A DNA stretch of 29,714 nucleotides from Armatimonadota bacterium (GTDB lineage Bacteria > Sysuimicrobiota > Sysuimicrobiia > Sysuimicrobiales > Kaftiobacteriaceae), in the NCBI GenBank assembly GCA_037440005.1, contig JBBIUY010000037.1:1-29714 (forward strand), read 5' to 3'. Under the pieces are notes generated by a model. It was not told the origin of the DNA. It searched no databases and saw only the letters and a list, made by a program, of their open reading frames with translations. The position numbers and the translations under genes are program-made. This document shows, one piece after another, positions 10,693-20,468 of the stretch. Every line of letters starts with the position of its first letter. Within the stretch, counting starts at the first letter, position 1.

Positions 10693-11349
10693 ATGAACCT
10701 CGTCTTCCTGGGACCGCCGGGTGCCGGCAAAGGCACCCAGGCCCGGCTTCTGCAGGAGCGGGAGGGCGTCCCTCGGATCAGCACCGGAGACATCCTGCGG
10801 GCGGCGGTGGCCGACGGCACCCCGCTGGGCCGCCAGGCGGCGGCGTACCTGGAGCGGGGAGACCTGGTGCCCGACGACGTCATGATCGCGGTGGTGGAGG
10901 ACCGGCTCCGCCAGCCCGACACCCGACGCGGGTTCGTCCTGGACGGGTTCCCCCGCACCCGGGCCCAGGCGGAGGCATTGGACCGCATCCTGGCGGCCCA
11001 GGGACGCGGCCTGGATGCGGTGGTCTACTTTCAGGTCTCCGACGCCACGGTGGTGCGGCGCCTGGTGGGCCGGCGGGTGTGCCGGGCCGCCGGCCACATC
11101 TACCACGTGGAGTTCAGCCCGCCCCGGGTCCCGGGACGGTGCGACCTGGACGGGAGCCCTCTGGAGCAGCGGGAGGACGACCGGGAGGAGACGGTGCGAC
11201 ACCGGCTGGAGGTCTACCGGCGCGACACCGAGCCCCTGGTGGAGTACTACCGGTCCCGGGGCATCTTCGAGACGGTGCAGGACGGCGACGTGGAGACCGT
11301 CTACCGCCGGGTGGTGGAGATCGCCCGGGCCCGGGCTCGCGCCCGCTGA
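10693..11349 (+). CDS. adk: Adenylate kinase
   Basis: GPPGAGKGTQ, ISTGDILR, LDGFPRT, QREDD. Confidence 0.99.
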   Translation: MNLVFLGPPGAGKGTQARLLQEREGVPRISTGDILRAAVADGTPLGRQAAAYLERGDLVPDDVMIAVVEDRLRQPDTRRGFVLDGFPRTRAQAEALDRILAAQGRGLDAVVYFQVSDATVVRRLVGRRVCRAAGHIYHVEFSPPRVPGRCDLDGSPLEQREDDREETVRHRLEVYRRDTEPLVEYYRSRGIFETVQDGDVETVYRRVVEIARARARAR

Positions 11350-11379
11350 GGGGGTGCGGGGGTGGGCGCGCCGACGGCC

Positions 11380-12141
11380 ATGGTGGTGGTGAAGACGCCG
11401 GAGGAGATCGAGCGGATGCGCCGGGCCGGGGTGCTGGCCGCCGAGGCGCTGCGGGAGGTGGTCCGGGCGATCCGGCCCGGCGTCACCGGCGTCCAGCTGG
11501 ACAGCATCGCCGAGCGCTACATCCGCGAGCGGGGCGGCGTGCCCTCGTTCAAGGGCTACCGGGGTTTTCCGGCCAGCATCTGCGTCTCGGTGGACGACGA
11601 GGTGGTCCACGGCATCCCCGACCGCCGCCCGCTGCCCCAGGGCGCCATCGTGTCCGTGGACCTGGGGGCCCAGGTGGACGGGTTTCACGGCGACGTGGCG
11701 GTCACGGTGCCCGTGGGTCCGGTGGACGCCCGGGTGCGCAGGCTCCTGCGGGTCACCCGGGAGTCCCTGTACCGGGCCATCGCGGTGATCCGTCCCGGCG
11801 CCCGCCTGGGAGACGTGGGCGCCGCCGTGCAGGCGCACGTGGAGGCCGCCGGCCTGGCGGTGGTGCGGGACTTCGCCGGCCACGGGATCGGGCGGGCGCT
11901 GCACGAGGATCCCCAGGTGCCCAACTTCGGCGAGCCGGGCACCGGGGTGCTCCTGCGGGAGGGGATGACCCTGGCTATCGAGCCCATGGTGACCCTGGGG
12001 TCGTGGGAAGTGGTGATGGATCCTGACGGGTGGACGGTGCGGACCCGGGACGGCAGTCCCGCCGCCCACTTCGAGCACACGGTGGCGGTCACCGCTTCCG
12101 GGGCCCGGGTCCTGACGGCCATCCCCAACGGCGTGGTCTGA
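11380..12141 (+). CDS. map: Methionine aminopeptidase type I
   Basis: FPASICVSV..VVHGIP, DLG, HGD, GHGIG..LHEDP, AIEPM, AHFEHTV. Confidence 0.98.
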   Translation: MVVVKTPEEIERMRRAGVLAAEALREVVRAIRPGVTGVQLDSIAERYIRERGGVPSFKGYRGFPASICVSVDDEVVHGIPDRRPLPQGAIVSVDLGAQVDGFHGDVAVTVPVGPVDARVRRLLRVTRESLYRAIAVIRPGARLGDVGAAVQAHVEAAGLAVVRDFAGHGIGRALHEDPQVPNFGEPGTGVLLREGMTLAIEPMVTLGSWEVVMDPDGWTVRTRDGSPAAHFEHTVAVTASGARVLTAIPNGVV

Positions 12142-12163
12142 CCCGCCCGGCGGGCCCCGACGG

Positions 12164-12192
12164 TGGACGGGCCGTCCGGAGGGCCGTATAAT
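12164..12192 (+). promoter_or_regulatory. sigma70-type promoter for the infA-rpmJ-alpha operon
   Basis: TGGACG (12164-69), 17 nt, TATAAT (12187-92) in the map-infA gap. Confidence 0.7.
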
Positions 12193-12281
12193 CGGGGAGG
12201 TTACCCCGCCGGCGCGCGGGCCGGCGGGGGGCCGTTGTTTCTCTGAGGGTGCGGGGCGCACCGCAGTCGTCCCGGGGGAGG

Positions 12282-12500
12282 ATGGCCAAGAAGGACGCCA
12301 TCGAGGTGGAAGGCACGGTGGTCGAGGTGCTGCCCAACGCCATGTTCCGGGTGCAGCTCACCAGCGGCCACCGGGTGCTGGCCCACATCTCGGGCAAGAT
12401 GCGGATCAACTTCATCCGCATCCTCCCCGGAGACCGGGTCAAGGTGGAGCTCTCCCCCTACGACCCGACCCGGGGACGGATCACGTACCGGTACCGGTAG
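12282..12500 (+). CDS. infA: Translation initiation factor IF-1
   Basis: [41 protein letters not shown]. Confidence 0.99.
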   Translation: MAKKDAIEVEGTVVEVLPNAMFRVQLTSGHRVLAHISGKMRINFIRILPGDRVKVELSPYDPTRGRITYRYR

Positions 12501-12552
12501 GGCGGGCCCGCTGTCCCGCCTGCCGGACGACCGCAGCGAAAAGGACGCGACC

Positions 12553-12666
12553 ATGAAGGTGCGGGCATCGGTCAAGCGCATCTGCGAAAAGTGCAAGGTG
12601 GTCCGGCGCGGGCGCCGAGTGTACATCATCTGCGAGAACCCCAAGCACAAGCAGAAGCAGGGGTGA
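12553..12666 (+). CDS. rpmJ: 50S ribosomal protein L36 (zinc form); not in ORF track
   Basis: Manual translation [37 protein letters not shown]. Confidence 0.99.
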   Translation: MKVRASVKRICEKCKVVRRGRRVYIICENPKHKQKQG

Positions 12667-12697
12667 GAGGCTCTCGCAGCGGACGGGAGGACGGCCG

Positions 12698-13081
12698 ATG
12701 GCACGGATTGCGGGCGTGGACCTTCCCCGGGACAAGCGGGTGGAGGTGGCCCTGACCTACATTTACGGCATCGGGCTGGGCCGGGCCCGGGAGGCGCTGG
12801 CCGCCACCGGGATCAACCCGGACACGCGGGTGCGCAACCTTACCGAGGAGGAGGTCACGCGCCTGCGGGATTACATCGACCGCCACTACAAGGTGGAGGG
12901 AGACCTGCGGCGGGACGTGGCCCTGGACATCCGGCGGCTGGTGGAGATCGGGTCCTACCGCGGCCTGCGTCACCGGCGGAACCTGCCGGTGCGAGGCCAG
13001 CGCACCCGGACCAACGCCCGAACCCGCAAGGGCCCCCGCAAGACCGTGGGGTCGGGCCGCCGCAAGCTGGAGAAGAAGTAG
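12698..13081 (+). CDS. rpsM: 30S ribosomal protein S13
   Basis: [34 protein letters not shown]. Confidence 0.99.
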   Translation: MARIAGVDLPRDKRVEVALTYIYGIGLGRAREALAATGINPDTRVRNLTEEEVTRLRDYIDRHYKVEGDLRRDVALDIRRLVEIGSYRGLRHRRNLPVRGQRTRTNARTRKGPRKTVGSGRRKLEKK

Positions 13082-13120
13082 CCCGCCGCGGACCGGCGCG
13101 GGCGGACGGAGGGACCGCCG

Positions 13121-13504
13121 ATGGCCAGACGGAAGGGACGGAAGCGGGAGCGGCGCAACGTGCCGCTGGCCGTGGCCCACATCCAGTCCACGTTCAACAA
13201 CACCATCGTCACCATCACCGACCCCCAGGGCAACGTGCTGGCCTGGTCCAGCGCCGGCAACGTGGGCTTTAAGGGGTCCCGCAAGGGGACGCCCTTTGCG
13301 GCGGGCCTGGCGGCCGAAAACGCCGCCCGCAAGGCCATGGAGCACGGGGTGAAGCAGGTGGAGGTGTACGTGAAGGGGCCGGGGCCGGGCCGGGAGGCGG
13401 CCATCCGGTCGCTGCAGGCCGCGGGGCTGGACGTGGCCCTCATCCGGGACGTCACCCCGATTCCGCACAACGGCTGCCGGCCTCCCAAGCGGCGCCGGGT
13501 GTAG
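13121..13504 (+). CDS. rpsK: 30S ribosomal protein S11
   Basis: [43 protein letters not shown]. Confidence 0.99.
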   Translation: MARRKGRKRERRNVPLAVAHIQSTFNNTIVTITDPQGNVLAWSSAGNVGFKGSRKGTPFAAGLAAENAARKAMEHGVKQVEVYVKGPGPGREAAIRSLQAAGLDVALIRDVTPIPHNGCRPPKRRRV

Positions 13505-13517
13505 GAGGACAGAGAGC

Positions 13518-14141
13518 ATGGGCAGGTACACAGGGCCGGTCTGCCGGCTGTGCCGGCGGGAGGGCATGAAGCTCTACCTCAAGGGCGAGAAGTGCTACAC
13601 CGAGAAGTGTCCCGTCCACAAGCGGCCGGTGCCGCCGGGCATGCACGCCCAGAGCCGGCGCAAGCTCTCCGAGTTCGGGATCCGGCTGCGGGAGAAGCAG
13701 AAGCTGCGGCGCATCTACGGCGTGCTGGAGACCCAGTTCAAGACCTACTTCCAGCGGGCGGCCAAGGCCACGGGCGTGACCGGCGTGCGGCTGCTGCAGC
13801 TGCTGGAGACGCGCCTGGACAACGTGGTGTACCGGCTGGGGTTTGCCCTCTCCCGCAAGGAGGCGCGGCAGATGGTCCTCCACGGCCACATCGCCGTCAA
13901 CGGCCGCAAGGTCACCATCCCGTCGTTCCAGGTCCGGCCCGGGCACGTCATCGCCCCCACGCCGCGGGGGCGGGAGCACCCGCGGGTGAAGGAGCTGGCC
14001 CAGACGGGCCTGCGGACCCTGCCGTCGTGGCTGGAGTTCAATCCGGCCACCCTGGAAGGCCGGGTGCTGGCGCTGCCGGCCCGGGAAGAGATCGACGTCC
14101 CGGTGCAGGAGCAGCTGATCGTCGAGTACTATTCCCGGTAG
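13518..14141 (+). CDS. rpsD: 30S ribosomal protein S4 (4-Cys form)
   Basis: [39 protein letters not shown]. Confidence 0.99.
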   Translation: MGRYTGPVCRLCRREGMKLYLKGEKCYTEKCPVHKRPVPPGMHAQSRRKLSEFGIRLREKQKLRRIYGVLETQFKTYFQRAAKATGVTGVRLLQLLETRLDNVVYRLGFALSRKEARQMVLHGHIAVNGRKVTIPSFQVRPGHVIAPTPRGREHPRVKELAQTGLRTLPSWLEFNPATLEGRVLALPAREEIDVPVQEQLIVEYYSR

Positions 14142-14172
14142 CGTCGCCCGGCGGCGCGGAGGAGTGATGGCC

Positions 14173-15135
14173 ATGAGCATTGCCACCATCTGGGAAGCGC
14201 CCAAGACCAAGATCGAGTTCGCCGAACTCTCGGAGACCTACGGGAAGTTCGTGGTGGAGCCGCTGGAGCGGGGGTTCGGGGTGACGGTGGGCAACGCCCT
14301 GCGCCGGGTCCTGCTCTCCTCCATCCCGGGGGCGGCGGTGACGTCGGTGAAGATCGAAGGGGTCCTCCACGAGTTCTCCACCATCCCGGGCGTGGTGGAG
14401 GACGTGACCCAGATCATCCTCAACCTCAAGGAGCTGACCCTGCGGCTGCACACCGACAAGCCCAAGCTGCTGCGGCTGGACGTGCGGGGCAAGCGGGAGG
14501 TCACCGCCGCCGACATCCAGCAGGACGCCGAGGTGGACATCCTCAACCCCGACCTGCATATCGCCACCCTGGACCGCAAGGACGTCCGCCTGGCCATGGA
14601 GCTGGTGGTGGAGCGGGGCAAGGGGTACGTGCCGGCCGAGCGGCACCGCCGGAGCGAGCACGTCATCGGCATCATCCCGGTGGACTCCATCTTCACGCCG
14701 GTGCAGAAGGTCAACTACCTGGTGGAGGACACCCGGGCGGGGCAGGCCGAGGCCGACCGCCTAATCCTGGAGGTGTGGACCGACGGTTCGGTCCGCCCCG
14801 AGGAGGCGGTGCAGGAGGCCGCCCGGATCCTCATGGACCAGTTCCGGCTGTTCGCCACCCTGGGGCAGGAGGGGGAGGGGGCGGGAGGTCTGGACCAGAG
14901 CGCGGACGCCCAGATGGCCCGCCTGGCGGCCATGCCCATCGAGGAACTGGACCTGTCGGTGCGTCCGTACAACTGCCTGAAGCGGGCCGGCATCAATACC
15001 GTGGGCGACCTCATCCAGCGCACCGAGGAGGAGATCGTCAGCGTCAAGAACTTCGGACGCAAGTCGCTGGACGAAGTCCGCGAGAAGCTGGCGGCCCTGG
15101 GCCTGTCGCTGCGCAAGAAGGACGGAGCCAGCTGA
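14173..15135 (+). CDS. rpoA: RNA polymerase alpha subunit (alternative starts 14164/14167)
   Basis: EPLERGFG..GNALRRVLLSS, HEFSTIPGV, LSVRPYNCLKRAGI, NFGRKSL. Confidence 0.99.
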   Translation: MSIATIWEAPKTKIEFAELSETYGKFVVEPLERGFGVTVGNALRRVLLSSIPGAAVTSVKIEGVLHEFSTIPGVVEDVTQIILNLKELTLRLHTDKPKLLRLDVRGKREVTAADIQQDAEVDILNPDLHIATLDRKDVRLAMELVVERGKGYVPAERHRRSEHVIGIIPVDSIFTPVQKVNYLVEDTRAGQAEADRLILEVWTDGSVRPEEAVQEAARILMDQFRLFATLGQEGEGAGGLDQSADAQMARLAAMPIEELDLSVRPYNCLKRAGINTVGDLIQRTEEEIVSVKNFGRKSLDEVREKLAALGLSLRKKDGAS

Positions 15136-15159
15136 CGGGTCTCGTCCGGAGGTGAGGCG

Positions 15160-15507
15160 ATGCTGGGGGCGGCCACACGCAAGCTGAACCGGGACACCGG
15201 GGAACGCCGGGCGCTGCTGCGGGACCTGGTGAGCGCCCTGATTTCCCACGGGCGGGTGGAGACCACGGTGGCCCGGGCCAAGGAGACCAAGAAGGTGGCC
15301 GACCGGCTCATCAGCTTGGCCCTGCGGGGCGACCTGCACGCCCGGCGGCAGGCGCGGCGGGTGCTGACCGATCCCCGGGTCCTGCGCCGGCTGTTCGCCG
15401 AGGTGGCGCCCAAGTACCAGCCGGGGCGGGGCGGCTACACCCGCGTGGTCCGCACGCGGGTCCGCCGGGGCGACGCTACCGAGATGGCGGTGGTGGAGCT
15501 GATCTGA
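15160..15507 (+). CDS. rplQ: 50S ribosomal protein L17
   Basis: RKLNR, TTVARAKE, GGYTRV, RRGDATEMAVVEL. Confidence 0.97.
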   Translation: MLGAATRKLNRDTGERRALLRDLVSALISHGRVETTVARAKETKKVADRLISLALRGDLHARRQARRVLTDPRVLRRLFAEVAPKYQPGRGGYTRVVRTRVRRGDATEMAVVELI

Positions 15508-15542
15508 CGCCCGACCCGGGGCCGAGGGGCCGGGCGCCGCTG

Positions 15543-15579
15543 ACGCAGGTCCGGATCCCGGGGGCCTGCGTTTCGTTTT
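15543..15579 (+). terminator. Intrinsic terminator after the alpha operon
   Basis: Stem CGCAGGTCC/GGGCCTGCG (15544-52/15562-70) followed by TTTCGTTTT. Confidence 0.7.
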
Positions 15580-15610
15580 GCGCGCCCGGTCTGCCGGACG
15601 GAGCCGGCCG

Positions 15611-16474
15611 ATGCCACCCCTGATCGAGGTCCGCAACCTGCGCCACGTCTACCACCCCGGGGGAGCTCCCCCGGTGGTGGCGCTGGACGGCGTGTCCCTG
15701 ACCATCGACCGGGGCGAGCTGGTGGCCATCGTCGGCGGCAACGGCTCCGGCAAATCCACCCTGGCCAAGCACTTCAACGCCCTGCTGCTGCCCACCGAGG
15801 GAGAGGTGCGGGTGGACGGGCTGGACACCCGCGACCGGTCCGCCCTGTGGGAGATCCGGCGGCGGGTCGGGATGGTCTTCCAGAACCCGGACAACCAGCT
15901 GGTGGCCACGGTGGTGGAGGAGGATGTGGCTTTCGGCCCCGAGAACCTGGGCCTGCCCCCCGAGGAGATCGCGGCGCGGGTGGAGGAGGCGCTGCGCATC
16001 GTGGAGATGGCCGAGTACCGGCATCACCAGCCGCACCTGCTCTCGGGCGGGCAGAAGCAGCGGGTGGCCATCGCCGGGGTGCTGGCCATGCGCCCCCAGT
16101 GCCTGGTCCTGGACGAGGCCACCACCATGCTGGATCCTCAGGGGCAGCGGGAGGTCCTGGACACCATCACCCGCCTGAACCGGGACGGGGTGACCGTGGT
16201 CCACATCACCCACGTCATGGAGGAGGCGGCCCGCTGCCACCGGGTCATCGTTCTGGCCGACGGGCGGGTGGCGCTGGACGGGCCGCCGGCGGAGGTGTTT
16301 GCGCGGGTGGAGGATCTGGCCGCCCTGCGTCTGGTCCCGCCCCCGGTGGCGGCCCTGGCCGACCGCCTGCGGCGCGACGGCCTCCCCCTGCCCGCGGGCC
16401 TGCTGGACGCCGACCAGCTGGCCGACGCGCTGGCCCGCCTGGAGGCGGACCGGACCGCGAAGCGATGGCCCTGA
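15611..16474 (+). CDS. ecfA1: ECF transporter ATPase A1
   Basis: GGNGSGKST, FQNPDNQ, LSGGQKQR, LDEAT; follows rplQ. Confidence 0.95.
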   Translation: MPPLIEVRNLRHVYHPGGAPPVVALDGVSLTIDRGELVAIVGGNGSGKSTLAKHFNALLLPTEGEVRVDGLDTRDRSALWEIRRRVGMVFQNPDNQLVATVVEEDVAFGPENLGLPPEEIAARVEEALRIVEMAEYRHHQPHLLSGGQKQRVAIAGVLAMRPQCLVLDEATTMLDPQGQREVLDTITRLNRDGVTVVHITHVMEEAARCHRVIVLADGRVALDGPPAEVFARVEDLAALRLVPPPVAALADRLRRDGLPLPAGLLDADQLADALARLEADRTAKRWP

Positions 16475-17334
16475 TCGAGTGCGCCGACCTGACCCACGTG
16501 TACCTCAAGGGCACGCCCCTGGAGACGGTGGCCCTGCGGGGGGTGTCGTTGTCCATCGAGGCCGGGGAGCTCGTCGCCCTGATCGGGCCCACCGGGTCCG
16601 GCAAGTCCACCCTCGTCCAGCACTTCAACGCCCTGCTGCGCCCCACCGAGGGGACGGTGCGGGTGGCCGGGGTGGACCTGTCAGACCCCCGGGCCGACCT
16701 GCGGGCGGTGCGCCGGCAGGTGGGGCTGGTCTTCCAGTACCCGGAGCACCAGCTCTTCGAGGAGACGGTGGCCGACGACGTGGCCTACGGCCCCCGCAAT
16801 CTGGGCCTGTCCGACGACGAGGTGCGCCGACGGGTCCGGGAGGCCCTGCGAATGGTCGGGCTGGACGTGGAGCGGGTTGGGCCGCGGTCTCCCTTCTCCC
16901 TGTCCGGGGGCGAGATGCGGCGGGTGGCCATCGCCGGCGTCCTGGCCATGGGGCCGCAGGTGCTGGCCCTGGACGAGCCCACCGCCGGCCTGGACCCTCT
17001 GGGCAAGGAGGAGATCCTGGAGCAGATCCGCCGTCTGCACGCCGACCACGGGCTGACGGTCATCTTCATCAGCCACAACATGGACGAGGTGGCCCGCATG
17101 GCCCGCCGGGTGGTGGTCCTGTCCCGGGGACAGGTGGTGATGGACGGACCGGTGCGGGAGGTGTTCCGCCACGCCGGGCGGTTGTCCCAGGTCGGGCTGG
17201 GCGTGCCCTCCCTCGTGGACCTGATGCAGCGGCTGCGCCGCCGCGGGCTGCCGGTGCGGGAGGACGTGCTGACGGTGGACGAGGCCCACGCCGCGATCCG
17301 GGAGGCCCTGGGATGGAGCTCGTCCGCTACGTAA
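16465..17334 (+). CDS. ecfA2: ECF transporter ATPase A2
   Basis: GPTGSGKST, FQYPEHQLFEETV, SPFSLSGGEMRR, LDEPTAGLDP. Confidence 0.95.
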   Translation: MALIECADLTHVYLKGTPLETVALRGVSLSIEAGELVALIGPTGSGKSTLVQHFNALLRPTEGTVRVAGVDLSDPRADLRAVRRQVGLVFQYPEHQLFEETVADDVAYGPRNLGLSDDEVRRRVREALRMVGLDVERVGPRSPFSLSGGEMRRVAIAGVLAMGPQVLALDEPTAGLDPLGKEEILEQIRRLHADHGLTVIFISHNMDEVARMARRVVVLSRGQVVMDGPVREVFRHAGRLSQVGLGVPSLVDLMQRLRRRGLPVREDVLTVDEAHAAIREALGWSSSAT

Positions 17335-18152
17335 CCATCGGCCAGTACCTTCCCCGGGAGTCGCCGGTGCACCGCCTCGACCCGCGCACCAAGATGGGGG
17401 CGGTGGCCCTGCTGACCGTCACCATCTTCCTCGTCCGCGACTTCGCCGGCTACGGACTGCTGGCCCTGTTCCTGGCCGCCGTGGTGGCCCTGGCCCAGAT
17501 CCCTTACGGGTACCTGCTGCGGGGGCTGCGTCCGGTCCTGTTTCTGCTGGCCCTGACGGTGGTCCTCAACGTGTTCTTCAGCGGGGCGTCGGGCGGCCCC
17601 GTCCTGTTCCGGGTGGGGCCCCTGGTGGCGACCCAGCAGGGCGTCCTGCGGGCCGCCTTCGTCGGGTGCCGGCTGGTCGCCCTGATCCTGGTCACGTCCC
17701 TGCTCACCTACACCACGTCCCCGGTGGACCTGACCGACGGCATGGAGCGGTTCCTGCGGCCGTTCCGCCGGCTGGGCGTGCCGGGCCACGAGCTGGCCAT
17801 GATGATGACCATCGCCCTGCGCTTCATCCCCACCCTGCTGGAGGAGACCGAGAAGATCATGAAGGCGCAGATGGCCCGGGGGGCGGTTTTCGACCGGGGC
17901 GGCGTCCTCCAGCGGGCGCGGGCCCTGGTGCCGGTGCTGGTGCCGCTGTTTGTCAGCGCCTTCCGCCGCGCCGAGGAGCTGGGGCTGGCCATGGAAGCCC
18001 GGTGCTACCGGGGAGGGGAGCACCGGACCCGCATGAAGCAGCTGCGCCTGCGGGTCCGGGACGGGGTGGCCCTGGGGGTCACGGCGGCGGCGGCGGCCGC
18101 GTTCATGGTGCCCGCCTCCGTGTGGGTGAGCCTGATCCGGCGGGTCCCGTAG
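17313..18152 (+). CDS. ecfT: ECF transporter transmembrane component T
   Basis: GQY..SPVHRLDPRTK, IALRFIPTL, AQMARG, AMEARCY. Confidence 0.96.
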   Translation: MELVRYVTIGQYLPRESPVHRLDPRTKMGAVALLTVTIFLVRDFAGYGLLALFLAAVVALAQIPYGYLLRGLRPVLFLLALTVVLNVFFSGASGGPVLFRVGPLVATQQGVLRAAFVGCRLVALILVTSLLTYTTSPVDLTDGMERFLRPFRRLGVPGHELAMMMTIALRFIPTLLEETEKIMKAQMARGAVFDRGGVLQRARALVPVLVPLFVSAFRRAEELGLAMEARCYRGGEHRTRMKQLRLRVRDGVALGVTAAAAAAFMVPASVWVSLIRRVP

Positions 18153-18161
18153 GGGGACGGG

Positions 18162-18944
18162 GTGGACCTGCGCACTCTCCGGCTGGTGGTGGAGTACGAC
18201 GGGACGCCTTTCGCGGGCTGGCAGCGCCTCCCGGGCCGGCCCACGGTGCAGGGCGAGCTGGAGCGGGCGGTGTTCCGGGTGACCGGCGAGAAGACCGCGG
18301 TGGTCGGCGCCGGCCGCACCGACGCGGGCGTGCACGCTCTGGGACAGGTGGCCCACGTCCGGCTCCGCCGCCGGCTGCCCGCCGCCCGGTTTCCGGCGGC
18401 CCTCAACGCCTACCTGCCGGACGCCATCCGCGTCCTGGCGGCCGAGGACGCCGACCCCGGCTTTCACGCCCTGCGCTCGGCGACCGGCCGCACCTACCGG
18501 TACCTGGTGCTCAACCGCCCCCAGCCGTCGGCCGTCCTGCGCCACCACGCCTACCACGTGCCGGCCCCCCTGGACCTGGAGGCCATGGGGGCGGCCCTGG
18601 CGGCGCTACGGGGCCGCCACGATTTCCGGGCGTTCGGCCGGCCGGGCCCGGGCGGGCCCGTGTGCGACCTGCGGGTGGCCGAGGTGCGCCGGCTCGGCCC
18701 GCTGGTGGTCTTCACCCTGGAGGCCGACCGGTTCTTGCAGCACATGGTCCGGCGGGTGGTGGGGACCGTCCTGCGGGTCGGGGCGGGGGCCCTGACGCCG
18801 GAGGAAGTCGTCCGCCTGCGGGAGGAAGGCGGCCGCGGCGGCCCCCGGGCTCCCGCCCGGGGCGTGTACCTGGTGAGGGTGCTCTACGACGGGGTCCCCG
18901 CCCCCGAGCCGGCCTGGCCTGGCCTGGTGTGGGAGGCGCTATAA
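18162..18944 (+). CDS. truA: tRNA pseudouridine(38-40) synthase
   Basis: YDGTPFAGWQ, GAGRTDAGVHA (catalytic Asp), GRHDF, HMVR. Confidence 0.96.
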   Translation: MDLRTLRLVVEYDGTPFAGWQRLPGRPTVQGELERAVFRVTGEKTAVVGAGRTDAGVHALGQVAHVRLRRRLPAARFPAALNAYLPDAIRVLAAEDADPGFHALRSATGRTYRYLVLNRPQPSAVLRHHAYHVPAPLDLEAMGAALAALRGRHDFRAFGRPGPGGPVCDLRVAEVRRLGPLVVFTLEADRFLQHMVRRVVGTVLRVGAGALTPEEVVRLREEGGRGGPRAPARGVYLVRVLYDGVPAPEPAWPGLVWEAL

Positions 18945-18953
18945 TCAGGGCGC

Positions 18954-19028
18954 GGGCCCGTAGCTCAACGGCAGAGCGACGCCCTCATAAGGCGTGGGTT
19001 CCTGGTTCGAGCCCAGGCGGGCCCACCA
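18954..19028 (+). tRNA. tRNA with CAT anticodon, most likely tRNA-Ile2 (lysidine)
   Basis: Acceptor GGGCCCG/CGGGCCC, anticodon arm ACGCC-CTCATAA-GGCGT, T arm CCTGG-TTCGAGC-CCAGG, ACCA end. Confidence 0.93.
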
Positions 19029-19112
19029 GGACAGTCCGCCGGCGGACCGCGACCGCACGGGAGCGGCGGGACGGGCGGACGCGGGCCGGACCTGCCGGCC
19101 GCTCCGGGCGCT

Positions 19113-20468
19113 CTACGGCCGGGGAGGGTTCCGGGACGGACTGGCGCCGCCGGGCAGCCGGGGGTGGTCCAAGCCTCGGGCGGGCCGGCCGGCGCGCTGG
19201 CCGTCTCCGGAGGGAGCCGGCAGGTCCGCAGGCTCCCGCCGGCTCCTTCCGGTGAGGAGGGGAGCCAGGCCGCGGGCACCGCGCCGGCCCAGGACCCGCA
19301 GGAACGCATGCACCACGGCGGGATCGAACGCCCGCCCCGCTTCCCGCCGGATCTCCTCCACCGCCTGCAGGGGGCTTCGGGCGCGCCGGTACGGGCGGTC
19401 GGTCACCAGGGCCTCGTAGGCGTCGGCGACGGCGATGATCCGCGCCGCCAGGGGAATGCGGTCGCCGGCCAGGCCGTCGGGGTAGCCGGTCCCGTCCCAG
19501 CGCTCGTGGCTGTGGCGGACCGCCATCTTGACGTCCTCGGCGATGGGGACCGGCTCCAGAATCTCGTAGCCCAGCACCGGGTGACGGCGCATGACCTCCC
19601 ACTCCTCGGGGGTCAGGCTGCCGCGCTTGGACAGCAGCTCGTCGCGGATCCCGATCTTGCCCACGTCGTGGAGCAATCCGGCGACCTGGACCACTCCCAC
19701 GGCGGGCCCGTCCAGCCCCATCTCCCGGGCGATGGCCTCGGCGTACTCCGCCACCCGGGACGAGTGGTGCGCCGTGGGCATATCCCGGGCGTCCACCGCG
19801 TTGGCCAGAGACCGGACGATGCCGATGAAGGCGGCCCGCAGGGCCCGCTGCTGGCGGTCCAGGTCCCGGGACGCCTGCCGGACCACCGTGAACATGGCCA
19901 CGTACAGCAGGAGGATGCCCCCCACGACGCTGGCCCGCACGGTCCGGCTCAGCCGCGCCAGGGTCGGCTCCAGGTCCGGGATGTCGGAAACCACGTGGTA
20001 CACGCCCACGGGGCGGCTGTCCCCGGCGACCACCACGGGGACGAACACCTCCATGCGCCCGGCCGATTGCGGGCCGTCCTCGCGCGGGAGGAGGCGCCAC
20101 CGCATCTGCCCGGCGAGGGCGTCGGTGACCGGCGGCGACAGGACCTGGACGGTGCCCACCAGCCGGGGGTCGTCGCTGTACAGGATCTCCCCGCGGCGGT
20201 TCCACACCGACACGTGGCGGACGTGGGCCTTGCCCACGAGACTGCGGAGGGTGAACTCAAACTGGGCGCGGGCCGCCGGCGGGGGCTGGAAGAAGTCGGC
20301 GGGCACCAGGCGCGGGGCGGCAAACTCCGACACGTACACCGCGAAGGCGTGGGCCTGGCGGCGCAGGGCGAAGTCGGTGGCGATCCGGGCGGCCACCTCG
20401 CCGAAGACGACGCTGAGGACGACGGCGCCGGTCAGGCTGACGAGGGTGAAGCGCTGCAGCAGGGTCAG
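19113..20468 (-). CDS. Membrane HD-GYP protein (TM, extracytoplasmic sensor, TM, HD-GYP); start uncertain (CTG 20468 proposed; first canonical GTG 20396)
   Basis: HSSRVA, LLHDVGKIG, HSHERWDGTGYP, IPLAARIIAVAD, RPYR; hydrophobic FTLVSLTGAVVLSVVFG lies upstream of the GTG in the same open frame. Confidence 0.85.
   Translation of the reverse strand: MTLLQRFTLVSLTGAVVLSVVFGEVAARIATDFALRRQAHAFAVYVSEFAAPRLVPADFFQPPPAARAQFEFTLRSLVGKAHVRHVSVWNRRGEILYSDDPRLVGTVQVLSPPVTDALAGQMRWRLLPREDGPQSAGRMEVFVPVVVAGDSRPVGVYHVVSDIPDLEPTLARLSRTVRASVVGGILLLYVAMFTVVRQASRDLDRQQRALRAAFIGIVRSLANAVDARDMPTAHHSSRVAEYAEAIAREMGLDGPAVGVVQVAGLLHDVGKIGIRDELLSKRGSLTPEEWEVMRRHPVLGYEILEPVPIAEDVKMAVRHSHERWDGTGYPDGLAGDRIPLAARIIAVADAYEALVTDRPYRRARSPLQAVEEIRREAGRAFDPAVVHAFLRVLGRRGARGLAPLLTGRSRREPADLPAPSGDGQRAGRPARGLDHPRLPGGASPSRNPPRP

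Noticed and set aside
15611..18152. ECF module without an S component
   Set aside because: Normal for group II ECF modules located between rplQ and truA
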